Assembly (NCBI GenBank): GCA_002104905.1
Contig: MCFE01000215.1
Span: 1 to 64,000 of the forward strand
DNA length: 64,000 nucleotides
Direction of reading: 5' to 3'
DNA from: Basidiobolus meristosporus CBS 931.73
Lineage: Eukaryota; Fungi; Basidiobolomycota
Part shown: piece after piece, positions 11,728 to 23,114 of the stretch
Layout of the letters: the number at the start of each line of letters is the position of its first letter
Position numbering within the stretch: position 1 is the stretch's first letter
Translations under genes and position numbers: made by a program
Notes under the pieces: generated by a model
The model's input: only the letters and a program-made list of their open reading frames with translations
What the model was told of the DNA's origin: nothing
Databases searched by the model: none

Positions 11728-12240
11728 CTAACAGTTGTAACAATACTGGGCATATTGGAACATGCTGCAACACTTCCCTCCACAGTTGTTTTGAACCGCC
11801 CATTGCCCTTTCTGGCAAACAAGGAAGTTTGATCCAGCGCAACCATATCTACCATTGACTAGGCAGTTTGCCCCTGGAGCCACTGTAGGATCTGGCTTAG
11901 AGGTACCTGTGGGTTTAGAGGTGGTTTTTGTGATAGTTGGCTTGGTGGTGGTTGTTGTAGTGGTTGGCTTGTTGGTGGTCTTTGAAGTGGCAGGCTTAGT
12001 AGTGGTAGGTTGGCTACCGCAACTAGGGCAGAATGCAGCATAGGCAGGAGAGTCACAACAGTTTCCAGAGCAGATGTTTTGTAGCAGCCAGTTACTGGTA
12101 GATGTTTCGCAAACGTAAAAATTTTTCCCCTCGCAATAGTAGGCAGCACCACTATTCTTGTTGCAAGTAGCCGATGGAGCACCCAAGACGGAGTTCAAGG
12201 AAGCGATGATGGTCCCAAGGATAATGTTGGTGAAATACAT
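11728..12240 (-). CDS. Secreted Cys-rich protein with two CBM19-like (putative chitin-binding) modules and a Thr/Lys/Pro linker
   Basis: Signal peptide, two modules C-x9-C-x-G-x2-F-x-V-C-x4/6-W-x2-Q-N-x-C-x-G-x-CC, and an O-glycosylation-type linker between them. Confidence 0.8.
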   Translation of the reverse strand: MYFTNIILGTIIASLNSVLGAPSATCNKNSGAAYYCEGKNFYVCETSTSNWLLQNICSGNCCDSPAYAAFCPSCGSQPTTTKPATSKTTNKPTTTTTTTKPTITKTTSKPTGTSKPDPTVAPGANCLVNGRYGCAGSNFLVCQKGQWAVQNNCGGKCCSMFQYAQYCYNC

Positions 12241-12953
12241 GTTGGGCGGGTAATGAATATTTGATATGCTTGGAAAGTTGTTGATAGATTAAACAGTTTT
12301 TATATCCTCTGGTCTAAGCCTACATTTTGGCACTATATATGGTACAACCAGAAAGAGCGCCGAAAACTTTCGTGAGTATTTTTAGATGGTAAAAATAGGT
12401 TGAACTTCACCAACACAGAGTTATACGAAATGTGATCCTACATTGAGCAACAAGGTGGCGTTAAAATATGCAAGATTACGTAGGCAAAAGGAAAGCGAAC
12501 AAGTGACAAATGTGGATCAAGTTGATTAGATTTTGCGTATTGAATTTTAATGCTACTGTCTGGTTTCATTCCCAGAATAATCCAGTAATCGGTTTCTTTC
12601 ACATGATAGCATTGTCCGTTCATGACAGGCATTTCAAGCACCAAGACTGACATTGGTATTTTGACAGCATTTTGCAGCTCCCATAAAATCAATATATACT
12701 TGCTACTTCTCTAATATTTCTGGCGTTTAACATCTCGGAATCCGACTTAGTGGCCTTTGTGAAATCGCTATCTAAAGGATTATGAACGTAATTGAAAAGT
12801 AGCACGGTATTTCGTTGCTCGTGAAATGCATTGCAAGGTTTCGCACCTGACTTTGCCAATTTCATATCTGGGAAAGGGAAAATACTACTTGACCTTCATG
12901 CCAGTGTAAGTGGCTGACTATCCATCTATGGCACAACGCGACTTCAATAAACG

Positions 12954-13184
12954 CGCGTAATGCCGCTTATTTACAAATTCCTTGGGCCATTGTAATCATG
13001 GAGAGGAATAAACCAAACATGAATGAACTGAATTTAAGAACCAATCGTATTTGACGCGTAAAGTCAATGCACCTTAGTATACAACATTTCAGCACACAGC
13101 TCTAGATTTCCTTATGGGGCATATCGCGTAAATATTCCAAAGCGCATTTACCTCGTTCAAATCTACCTTTCATGGCTCGCGTAA
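12954..13184 (+). promoter_or_regulatory. Cluster of four CGCGTAA motifs (MCB/SCB-like) in the divergent CBM19/thaumatin intergenic region
   Basis: CGCGTAA at 12954, 13055, 13125 and 13178 in AT-rich DNA. Confidence 0.45.
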
Positions 13185-13334
13185 TTTGATAGATAATTTT
13201 GGCAATAAGCTTGAAAGAAATTAGAAATGACAACAGAAGACGTCCCTATATTGAGACAGCGAGAAGGCAACCCAAAACAATCAAACTTTATAAGTATGAA
13301 GCGGTTTTTGAATATTACGATATTAGCTTCAAAT

Positions 13335-14114
13335 ATGTTATCTACAGTTGGAATTCTTGGCTCTTTCCTTGCTATCCTCGCCACTGTTCACTCGGCCCCA
13401 GTCGATGGTGGTGCAGATAGCTTGATCCATAACATTGTCTTCAAAAACCAATGCTCACATAATGTTTGGTTGGCATCATCAACTACTTGGGACAATACTC
13501 CCCTTCCTGCCCATGGAGGACTACTCACCCCTGGTGAAACATTCACCATTACGGTTGTAGATCAATGGCAAGGCCGCTTCTGGGGTCGAACGGAGTGCGA
13601 CTTTGAACACAAAAATATGACCACGAATACCGCCTGCAGCACTGGTGACTGCGGTTCAGGTGAAGAGTATTGCGGATACATCTCCGGTAGGCCGCCTGCT
13701 TCTCTAGCCGAGTTTACCTTCAACGGTTGGAACAATCTTGATTTCTACGATGTTTCACTGGTGGATGGGTACAACTTGCCTATCTCCATACAGCCTCACA
13801 CCAAGGTTCCCAATTGGGGCAACCCATACTCGTGTGGAAGTCCCACTGTTGAGAAGGACATCAATCTTATTTGCCCAGGGCCTCTTCAGATCCGTGATCA
13901 CGATGGCAATGTAGTTGGTTGCGAATCCGCATGTAGTGCCTTTGGATTGCCCCAATACTGCTGTTCTGGACCTGACAGCACACCCCAAACTTGTCATCCA
14001 AGCAAGTACTCCAAATTGTTCAAGTCTGCCTGTCCATTCTGCTATAGCTATGCGTATGATGATGCCACCTCCATATTTACTTGCCGTGGCGATTATACCG
14101 TCCAATTTTGTTAA
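13335..14114 (+). CDS. Thaumatin-like (PR-5 family) secreted protein
   Basis: Signal peptide from MLSTVG (ATG 13335), motifs GRFWGRTEC, SLAEFTF, DFYDVSLVDGYNLP, SYAYDD, and 16 Cys. Confidence 0.95.
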   Translation: MLSTVGILGSFLAILATVHSAPVDGGADSLIHNIVFKNQCSHNVWLASSTTWDNTPLPAHGGLLTPGETFTITVVDQWQGRFWGRTECDFEHKNMTTNTACSTGDCGSGEEYCGYISGRPPASLAEFTFNGWNNLDFYDVSLVDGYNLPISIQPHTKVPNWGNPYSCGSPTVEKDINLICPGPLQIRDHDGNVVGCESACSAFGLPQYCCSGPDSTPQTCHPSKYSKLFKSACPFCYSYAYDDATSIFTCRGDYTVQFC

Positions 14115-14611
14115 AAGCTCTACGAATTGTACATAGTTGATCTAATCTATAATAAACTAATCCCATAACTTTTAAATGTTGCGAGATGAATTTGGAGTTT
14201 GAACCTGCTACGTGTTAGTGTTAGTGTTAGTGCAAGTGCAACACACGAAAGCATCACTGGAGAAATCATTTGGCCTATGTAATAGCAAACAAAAGATCCA
14301 CAGTATTCTAGGTTAATCTAACATCCAGTCCGGTCGTCATTCTGATATGACCAATCGAACACACTTACTATTTATTCCTTGGAGATTCGAAGTGCAGGAT
14401 CAAAGAACCCTAAGAACAGGGTTGCGAGATGGATGTGAACAGGATCCGTAAATTTTGGCCATATGGCTCAGCTGGCCATTATCTTCCTGGGAATCAGGTC
14501 AATATTCTTGACCTATCATTTTCATCTCTTTGATGGCATCTATCGGACACATTCATTAAATATCATGAACGTTTAATAATTCCTAATTTACATTGGGACT
14601 AAAAAGTAAAG

Positions 14612-14684
14612 CGACCCAGGTGGGGGTCGAACCCACGACTTTCTCCTCCGGAGGGAGACACTCTTTCCACTGAGCTACAGGGCC
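14612..14684 (-). tRNA. tRNA-Arg(CCG)
   Basis: 73-nt cloverleaf GGCCCTG-TA-GCTCAGTGGAAAGAGT-G-TCTCC-CTCCGGA-GGAGA-AAGTC-GTGGG-TTCGACC-CCCAC-CTGGGTC-G, followed by an oligo-T terminator. Confidence 0.93.
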
Positions 14685-15835
14685 ATCGATAAGTGTACAT
14701 GAATCAAGAGTAATCAGACAGGAAGCGGATGGGTTATTCAGTAAGAATCGGAGATTCTCGGAGGGTTGAGGAACTATATAAGTCAATGCTTTATTCATAA
14801 TGTCTCAAAGGGCTTATGTAGAGATAGTTTCTGAAGGGGGGAGTTCCTATAATGTAGGGCAAGCTTCTGAAAGTAGTACCCGAGATGTATTAAATAACTT
14901 GGGTTATCATCGAGAGTGATTGATCGGCAGTGTGCAATTCCGAAGTGTTTGATCAACAGTGTTCAAGTGATCGGAAATGACCAGTTATGATGTAAATCGT
15001 AAGATGAAGGACAGCTCTACCCTATAAACGAATATGTATATGTGTGTTAAACGAAACCAAAAATATCGATCCTCCTGCAATTATATATGTATATATGGAG
15101 TATTCGATGTCAGGTAATTCACCTACATGGTTGAAAGCAGACTTTAAGCTCAGCCTTACAAAACCTTCAAGTCGCAAACAGTATTTTTGCAGCTTCGAGA
15201 TTCTATGTACTTCGTCTAGTCTCCCGATTTAGACTATAAATTTAAATCATTTAAGCCAACTTCAACTGGAGCTGGTTAAGGCTATAAATGATTGACAATG
15301 TTTGGCATATCTGAGTCGCAAGAGCATCCAAGCAATCAATGATAAGCCTTGAAATAAACACCCAAAACCATGTCGATACAGGCGAGTCTCTATTGCCAAT
15401 CAATACGAAAACAAGGGAGTTGGAGAACGGTGACAGTAGGGCCAAATGCATATTCTCACAACATCATAACAGTGGGTTCTTAGAAATCCAGAGTAAATGA
15501 ACAAAAGAAACAGTAAATCCGACTACGTATGCTTCACAGCAGCTTCTCAATATCGGCTGGAAAGCTTGGTGTTGAACTGAGAAATAAGATGAATTCTTTC
15601 AATACATGTTTAAACCAAGCCTTCAAATTCACGCAAAATTCATGTCATCTGACTGCATGATAGCAGCATTTGTGATATATATGATGCAGACAAGAGTGAG
15701 AGTAGCTACGGCATCAATCTCGAATAGGTCATTGAATTGAATGCTTCAGAGACTCGCATATTATCCCAGCTTCCTACAATCATACATTCGTATTATATAT
15801 TCTGGGCTATTTCCTGTTTTAAAACAGGAAAAAAT

Positions 15836-15907
15836 TGCCTACTGCCAGGATTGAACTGGCGACCTTCAGTTTACGAGACTGACGCGCTACCACTGCGCTA
15901 AGCAGGC
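15836..15907 (-). tRNA. tRNA-Thr(CGT)
   Basis: 72-nt cloverleaf GCCTGCT-TA-GCGCAGTGGTAGCGC-G-TCAGT-CTCGTAA-ACTGA-AGGTC-GCCAG-TTCAATC-CTGGC-AGTAGGC-A, followed by T6. Confidence 0.93.
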
Positions 15908-17324
15908 CGTTCTCATGAATGATATATTCTGGTCCGTCAAATATCCACAAGGGGCCTGTTTATTGCAAGTTATTTCTTTGTTCATTTATACTTCTGACAT
16001 GTTTGATAGTCATATTATTTTATCCTAAAGCAGTGCGACTTTGTTATTCTCCTTGAGTCGTGGTAGTGCTAAATTTGTGTGGTACTGTACCGTTATCTAG
16101 ATGCTTATATGGTGTTGTCTCAGATTATTCTTCATGTGATCCGTGCATGTTTCGTTTCTTAGCTTTGATCCGTGTTTATCTTTTAACATGAAACGAGTGG
16201 TGGAGAACAATATGAGAAGAGCGATAGCGATATTCCGTGGTTAAATAGAAATATCGATTTATTGTTATAACCTCTGAAGCAAAAGTTACAAGTGCACCGT
16301 TAGATGATATTTTGTAGTTAGTTCCCCAAATAAAGTGCATATGCGCCTGCATAGAATAAATCTAAGTAGCACAGTCCCTCACTCCTACGGGAATATAACA
16401 GCATTACTTTTGCGCACTAAAAGTCTCGGTTTTACCAACAACTTTAGGATGGTGCAAAATCCAGACCAGGAACCGATACTGTAGTAAAATTCACTGCCAA
16501 CTTGATTCATAAATCAAATGCATAACGCATATTAATAACTTGTATGTTGAATTAGGTTAGGCTTGCGTTGGAAACACTGATTCTCTGGAAATTGACATAG
16601 ACTTTTCTTATGATGTAAATAGGGATCATTATTCACTAGTGATTAAGGGTCGATTCATATGAATATTTTAAAATTGAACACTCTGATTCCACCACGTTTT
16701 CCAATGTAAGCAAAATCGTGAATGAAACACTAGATCCTGTTTCAATCTTGAGAAATTCTCACTAGCTTTTAGGTGCGCTGTAAAGCTAGTAAGCGCATAT
16801 TTTAACATCCTCTGGGGTTTCAAATCATTTTCAATACGCCGTAATAAGCAATCTTCGTTTCTCAAGTGCAATACTGAACAGTCAATAGCTTTCTTGTAAA
16901 CTCTAAGCAAGGGGGTAAATATGATTGAAAATGGGCAAAGTATATGGTTTTGAATTAGCTTCTGGATTATGTGCACCTATCATGACATGCAGCATTGGTG
17001 CGGCGTGCTTTCATGGAGATATTGAAGCTAGCGGTACATCCAATTGTGGATTGATAGACATTGATCTCCATCAAATAACCTTCTAATGCGTAATCTGAAC
17101 AAGTGATGCCCATGCTGAATTGTAACAATCGCATAGAGATAGGCTCTTCCTAAGCGAATGGCACGCATCAAGACAGCCTCCCTGCAAACCGATACATACT
17201 GAATCTAACAGTGAGTAGTGGCTAGGAAGAGCATTAATATAACAAGGTGATGTCGGTTTCCATGTGAATGAAGGGGTTTTATTCTTCAATCCTAAGACTT
17301 GGTGCTTTCAATAAAATCAACACT

Positions 17325-17580
17325 CTATTTGTCAGAGGTAGGAGCAGGGTTCATTCTACGTTTGCCACCAATGAGGTTGGTAACATTGACGAAACGACGG
17401 TTGTATTGAATTCTCTTCTTGGCGCGACCAGTCTTCTTCTTCTTCTTCTCTTGCTTTTCGACCTTAGGGCATTGGGACTTGACCTTACCGGCACGAGCGA
17501 GGGAACCGTGAACTTTACCCTATTTCACAAGGTGGGTTAGGCAATGGATGGATGCACATACGAAATGGACTAGTTACCAT
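17325..17580 (-). CDS. RPS30: 40S ribosomal protein eS30
   Basis: ATG (17580-17578), intron 17577-17520, exon 17519-17325: [44 protein letters not shown]... No FUBI moiety. Confidence 0.97.
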
Positions 17581-17849
17581 CTTGAACTGACTATAGATGA
17601 ATTGGAAAGAGGGAGCACCTGACGTCGGTCTTCACACTAATATTGTCGAATCATATATTCTGATTGGGCCACATTCGTTACTCTTCCCCGAGCCAATGGC
17701 CTTGGTGACAATATTGGTAGCCGATGCTATGAGGGGCAGTAGGCTTTTTTTTCAGCAAAAATGGAAAAAAAATTCGCAAGTCTAATAAAAATGTTGTCCA
17801 GCGTAGTTTGCTCCTTACGAAGCAACTTTGACTTCATCTCAGATTCGTC

Positions 17850-19133
17850 ATGTTGGTTACCATCCCTTCTTTCCTTTTGCCCACCCCTCCCAGCTCTTGG
17901 ACTGCTGGTGAGTCTAGCAAGGTTCACGCCAGTGTGTCAGCCCCTAGCAAGCGCACCTTGGAGCCTGTTGGTCGTCACTTCGTTGGTTTCGCCAGACGTA
18001 AGTTCCACGACCGTACCTACTCCGAAGACGAGCGTATCGAAAGTGCCAAGAACGCTGGTAACGACGATAACGATGAGGACTTGAGTGAAGACGAAGAGGA
18101 GTCTCGTGATCTTTTGGAAAGCGACCCTAAGGACTGGAAGGAGCAAGATCACTACGAAGTTCTCGGTATCACTAGACACCGTTACAAGGCCACTGAAGCT
18201 CAAATCATTAAGGCCCATCGTAAGAAGGTTCTTAAGCATCACCCTGACAAGAAGGCTGCTTCTGGTGACATGAATGACGATGCCTTCTTCAAGTGCATCC
18301 AAAAGGCCTTCGAAATCCTTATGGACCCCATCAAGCGTCGTCAATTCGATTCCGTCGACCCTGGACTTCCTGATCATGACATCCCATCCAAGTCTAAGGA
18401 CTTCTTCAAGTCCTTTGGCCCCATCTTCGAATTAGAGGCCCGTTTCTCCAACAAGCAACCTGTCCCAACCCTTGGTGATATGGACTCTGCCCGTGAGGAC
18501 GTTGAAGGTTTCTATGACTTCTGGTACAACTTCGACTCCTGGAGAACTTTCGAGTACCTCGATAAAGAATCCTCCGAAACCGCCGACAACCGTGATGACA
18601 AGCGTTACTACGAGAAGAAGAACAAGGCCGAACGTGCCCGTAGAAAGAAGGAAGACAATGCTCGTCTCCGTGAACTTGTTGATGCCGCTCTCAAGAGAGA
18701 TCCTCGTATCGCTAAGTTCAAGGAAGAAGAGAAGCAGAAGCGTTATGCCAAGCGTAATGCTCGTGAAGCTCAAGAGAAGGCTGCCGCCGAGGCCAAGAAG
18801 AAGGCCGAGGAGGAGGCTCTTATTGCTGCTCAAAAGGCCGAGGAAGAGGCCAAGTTGAAGTTGCAATCCGACAAGAAGGCCAAGGAGGCCCGTAAGAACG
18901 CCATCCGTAAGGAGAAGAAGACCATCAAGCGTTTGATGAAGGAGCACAACTACTTCTGTGCCGCTGAGCCATCCCCCGCTCAAGTTGATGAGCAGCTCAA
19001 CAAACTTGAGGCCCTCTTCGAGAAGCTCGCCGTTGACGACTTGGAAGTTGTTCGCAAGAAGTTCGAGGAAGCCGCCGCCAGTGGCTCCATCCAAGCTGCC
19101 TTCGATGAGGAGCTTTCCACCCGTGGTGTTTAA
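17850..19133 (+). CDS. ZUO1: Zuotin, ribosome-associated J-domain chaperone
   Basis: EPVGRHF N-terminus, J domain with HHPDK, zuotin homology domain (FYDFWYNFDSWRTFE), charged region, no SANT domains. Confidence 0.97.
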   Translation: MLVTIPSFLLPTPPSSWTAGESSKVHASVSAPSKRTLEPVGRHFVGFARRKFHDRTYSEDERIESAKNAGNDDNDEDLSEDEEESRDLLESDPKDWKEQDHYEVLGITRHRYKATEAQIIKAHRKKVLKHHPDKKAASGDMNDDAFFKCIQKAFEILMDPIKRRQFDSVDPGLPDHDIPSKSKDFFKSFGPIFELEARFSNKQPVPTLGDMDSAREDVEGFYDFWYNFDSWRTFEYLDKESSETADNRDDKRYYEKKNKAERARRKKEDNARLRELVDAALKRDPRIAKFKEEEKQKRYAKRNAREAQEKAAAEAKKKAEEEALIAAQKAEEEAKLKLQSDKKAKEARKNAIRKEKKTIKRLMKEHNYFCAAEPSPAQVDEQLNKLEALFEKLAVDDLEVVRKKFEEAAASGSIQAAFDEELSTRGV

Positions 19134-19360
19134 ATTGTCTCTTTGTACAAAGTAAATCAATAAATACTCGAGTGATTTAAACAGTTTCTATTATGCATTA
19201 ATTTAGAGGAGCCAAAAATAAACAAGCAAGGATTGTGAAGAGAACATAACTTATATCAAAATAAACTATATATACTCGAATGGAACTAGCAGGTTGAACA
19301 TACTGCTTTCCCGTAGTAGATGATAAAATATGTACAGTTCGCTCACTACCATCACTTTTC

Positions 19361-20095
19361 CTAATTTCCTTGGGGACTATTGTTTTCTGGGACATCCTGT
19401 TCGCTGGCTTTGTTCTTTTCTAATTCGGCTATCTCCGCTGCAGTAAGAAACCGTCCACCAGGGCCTCTTGGGCGACGCATGGCGTGTCGATGGCGCGATT
19501 CATGTAGATATGGCTAAGAGAAATGGTTACTCCTTGTGAGGAATTGAGTGCTGACCAGTGTTTCTGTACCTTTCTACTTCTTTGGATGCGAGTACGCTCT
19601 TCTAGTTTTGCACGTGCTGCTCTACGCTTTAGAATACGGTGATATTGCTTTGCGTTCACATAAAGTGGTTCATCTTCACCAGTAGATACAACCTCACTTG
19701 GCAGTGGAACTCGATACAGAGGGTTGACAACGGGAGAGCTGTTAGGTAGCATCTAGTGACACGATATAAGCAAAATCTCCTTCTAAACCAGGCGTTTTAT
19801 AGCTATCACTTACCAAGTTGTTGTAAGTTGTGTTATAATTTAGTTGCCTTGGAATGCTATATTGTGCACCAGCAACGGCTACTGCTTTCTGGGGATCGTT
19901 CTGACGCAGCTGGTTAGGCGTGGTTACGTAACTCCTCATGGTTGAAAGAATACATACCTGGGTTGGAAGTGGATCAGTCGACTGCTGCAACACTGTGGCG
20001 GCAGTCGCCTGAGGCAAGGCCACGCCGTAAGCAGTGAAATCCTGAACATATGGATTATGCAACAAGTGTGCTTGAGAATGGTGCTCTTCCATCAT
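19361..20095 (-). CDS. HAP2: CCAAT-binding factor subunit NF-YA/Hap2
   Basis: [24 protein letters not shown] plus spliced [25 protein letters not shown]. Three GT..AG introns; stop at 19361. Confidence 0.93.
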
Positions 20096-20544
20096 TGTGG
20101 TCTTTTCGACGGTACGGATAACAGAAAAATAAGGAAAGGTAACTTGTAATATATTTATTAGTTCAAATGCGATACTGAAATAGACGCGTGAAATTTTTAA
20201 CCTGAACGCGTTTAGATGTAAATTTCTGAGCGTGTTAATTAGTGCAAGTCAGCACACAGTGATTAAGAACACTCTATCCGGGTGTGAACTGTTCTTGAGG
20301 GAATTCTGGGGAATTGATTGATAAAGGGGACGTCATTTAAGAGTGATGTCAGGGAAACCGCAATTAACGTACTTGCCGATTATAGTCTACTGAATGATAC
20401 GCCGCAGCGAATTGTTTGCCGACTGGCTCGTAACAAATTTGCCGCGAAATTGGCTGCACCAAAGCGGCAGACAATGGATAAATTTTCTTGTGGACTCGGG
20501 TCAATGTCACAACAATCTGATATATTTCGTGATTTAGCGCACAC

Positions 20545-21213
20545 ATGTCACCAGTCCAACCACTCATGAGTCAACCAACCGAGCCCACCACCGCCCTGAA
20601 AGCGAACGAAAACGAGAAGCCGCTCCAGGAATTAAGAGAGGGCAGCGTCGATACGGTTGAAAGCAACTTTCGTTATCTTGGATATGCTGCTCGTTTAAGA
20701 ACACTCGCTACCGCGGGCTCCCGTTATTTGGCATATACTTCAGATGTTGGGGAAGCTTTTCGGCCTTTGGTGAATCCTGTGCTGGTGCGTAGTTGCTACG
20801 GAATTAGTTGGCTTTATATCGGGTTCGATGTTTTTTATGAAGGATACAAGGCCAAACTTGCCGGCAGTGACAATACCTCAGTTGGCCTGACCCTGGTGAA
20901 GCGATCTGTATTCCAGTCAATTGCTAGTATGGCCTTGCCAGCATTCACCATTCACTCAGTAGTGAAATACGCCAGCGGAATGGCCAAAAATATCAAGAAT
21001 CAAAAACTCAGAGTATGGACTCCTACTGCACTTGGCCTTGCGGTTGTTCCGTTCCTTCCTTACCTATTCGATCATGCGGTTGAGAAGGCAGTGGACTTTG
21101 TGTTCGAAGAAGCGGAAAAGAAGGTCACTGGTCACCAGGAAACACCTGCAATGTCCCCCAACGCGCCGACCAACACAACTAGAATCCTATCTGACGATAA
21201 GAAAAACGTTTAG
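20545..21213 (+). CDS. MTFP1: Mitochondrial fission process protein MTP18/MTFP1
   Basis: FRYLGYAARLR..RYLAYTSDVGEAFRP and FQSIASMALPAFTIH motifs. Confidence 0.9.
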   Translation: MSPVQPLMSQPTEPTTALKANENEKPLQELREGSVDTVESNFRYLGYAARLRTLATAGSRYLAYTSDVGEAFRPLVNPVLVRSCYGISWLYIGFDVFYEGYKAKLAGSDNTSVGLTLVKRSVFQSIASMALPAFTIHSVVKYASGMAKNIKNQKLRVWTPTALGLAVVPFLPYLFDHAVEKAVDFVFEEAEKKVTGHQETPAMSPNAPTNTTRILSDDKKNV

Positions 21214-21350
21214 TTCCTCCTGTAAATCATTAAACAACATTAATTGCAATACATTTTCTGTTGATCTGAGATATGGTTGATTGGGGACTATTTATTGATC
21301 ATTACACAGGAATACATATTAATTCAATCATTACACTACATATATATCGC

Positions 21351-21923
21351 TTAAATAAGAAGCACAACAAAACCACACAGGGCAAGAAGGCTCGAACCAA
21401 TGGTCACTCTCATACCAGAGTTATGTTTGTCATCGGTCTTAGTCGGCTCGTGGGTGCTGGATGGCTTCTCCTCAGCAGAATCGGTGCTAGAAGCGGTCTT
21501 TGAAGACTCGGTGGAACTGAGCGATTCGGTACTTTTTGTTGCTGAGGAAGATGTTGAATGGGCGGCTGATTCAGCAGTCGAATCAGAGCTACTTGGGGTT
21601 GAACTGGAAGCAGCAGCAGAAGATTCCTTATCATTCTTAGCGTAGAGACAATTAAGGTTGACTAAATTTTTTTGGGATTCTCCGGCAAGGCTAATCGTTG
21701 TATCCTCTTTGCAGAAATCAACGCAAGCCAACACCCTCTTTGATGTCGTGCACTCACAAGCGAAGTCGTTCGTAGCGCATGGTACGTACTGCGCATTGCG
21801 TACACATTGGTTATAAGTTTCAGCGGATATACAGGTTTCCAGAGTAGCTTTAGGAAGAACGCTGACAGTAGCAGTAGTCGAAGCAGCCAAGGCAGTCAAA
21901 GCAAAAATATTAGTGAACTTCAT
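21351..21923 (-). CDS. Predicted GPI-anchored cell-surface protein with a Cys-rich (CFEM-like) head and Ser/Thr stalk
   Basis: Signal peptide, Cys-rich N-domain, Ser/Thr/Glu stalk, and a small-residue site (NSG) followed by a hydrophobic C-terminus. Confidence 0.8.
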   Translation of the reverse strand: MKFTNIFALTALAASTTATVSVLPKATLETCISAETYNQCVRNAQYVPCATNDFACECTTSKRVLACVDFCKEDTTISLAGESQKNLVNLNCLYAKNDKESSAAASSSTPSSSDSTAESAAHSTSSSATKSTESLSSTESSKTASSTDSAEEKPSSTHEPTKTDDKHNSGMRVTIGSSLLALCGFVVLLI

Positions 21924-21931
21924 GATGATCA

Positions 21932-21949
21932 GTGTGTGTGTGTGTGTGT
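21932..21949. repeat. (GT)9 microsatellite just upstream of the GPI-protein ATG
   Basis: Directly visible. Confidence 0.9.
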
Positions 21950-22356
21950 TATACTACGTTGGAACCTTTTTTATATTGCAAAAGATCGAAGCTTCCATCG
22001 ACTACGCGCTTGTTCTCTCGAAGAAAAACACTATCTTTGCCATTCCAGTAAATAGTACTTGTGCCTAATTGGTCCTAACCTTTTGGGGCTCAAAATAGTT
22101 GATCGGAATATGGGTTCAGCCTTCCCATTTATGTTGAATACAACACATGCCTGGTTTGTTTACCAAGCAAGTGAATGTTATTTATAAATGTTCTATTTAG
22201 AATGCTGATTAACTAGTTGGTTAATTCGTCTCGACTTAACCATCCAGAGTTGACGTAATTTTGATCCTGCTGTTTGGGGGAGGAGGTGGATGCTAGAGTT
22301 TTGTTAGTGCTATTTGGACATTCTGTTTTCTACTCTCCCTGAAAGTTTACAATATC

Positions 22357-23032
22357 ATGTCTGACGAGGAAGGTGCTAGCAATAGTAAGTATATCTAGTT
22401 ACTAACTTTTGCCTGAGATAACCGGGAGCTCATTATTGTTTGTAAAGATGAGCTCATTTTGGCCGCGTGCAAAAACGACCATTTGGACATGTTGGAAGAT
22501 GTGTTAAACCAACCAGGCACATTCAACGTAAACCACGCCGATTCTTTAGGCAATACTGGACTTCACTACGCGTAAGCATTTCACTTGCACATCTAACCAT
22601 GTTGGCGCCTGATCCTGACTCTCAAATAGTGCGAAATTCGGTGCTCTTTCCTGTGTAGCCAGTCTGCTTCAACAGCCTGAAATTGAGGTGGATAAGCAGA
22701 ATCGCATCAGCTTTGACACTCCCTTACATATGGCTGTGACATACAAAGATGATCCCAGTGTCACTTTGGAGATGGTTCAATTGCTTATTGAGCACGATGC
22801 CGACCCAAGAATCCCCAACAAGCTGCGTCAAAAGCCTGTCGACATTGTTGATCGTGGCTTCCCAGAATTGCGCTCATTGCTACAACAAGCCGAGCTAGGC
22901 ATTAACATGGTACTTCCCCTGTTTTCTCCGAGAGACATGGCTGATTTCTAATGCTGGTTATTTACTTAGGGACAGGATGACATTGTGGGCGATGATTCCG
23001 ACTCAGACTCTGATGGCGAAATAAGCGAATAA
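22357..23032 (+). CDS. Small ankyrin-repeat protein with an acidic tail
   Basis: Four exons: MSDEEGASN / ELILAACKNDHLDML..DSLGNTGLHYA / ..DTPLHMAV..LLIEHDADP / acidic end, stop at 23030-23032. Confidence 0.82.
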
Positions 23033-23114
23033 ACAACGCATTCTTTATATATCCCACAAACATTATATATGTTTGATTGGTCAACAATAATAAACAGGTC
23101 TATAATACATGCAA

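Noticed and set aside
14612-15907. Two C34 tRNAs (Arg-CCG, Thr-CGT) in the same orientation as a functional cluster
   Set aside because: They are 1.15 kb apart with separate terminators; two genes are not enough to argue for clustering.
16150-17086. Possible multi-exon plus-strand gene or pseudogene ending SGLCAPIMTCSIGAACFHGDIEASGTSNCG...
   Set aside because: Donor sites and a Cys-rich last exon are suggestive, but no stop-free gene model could be built; left uncalled pending RNA-seq.
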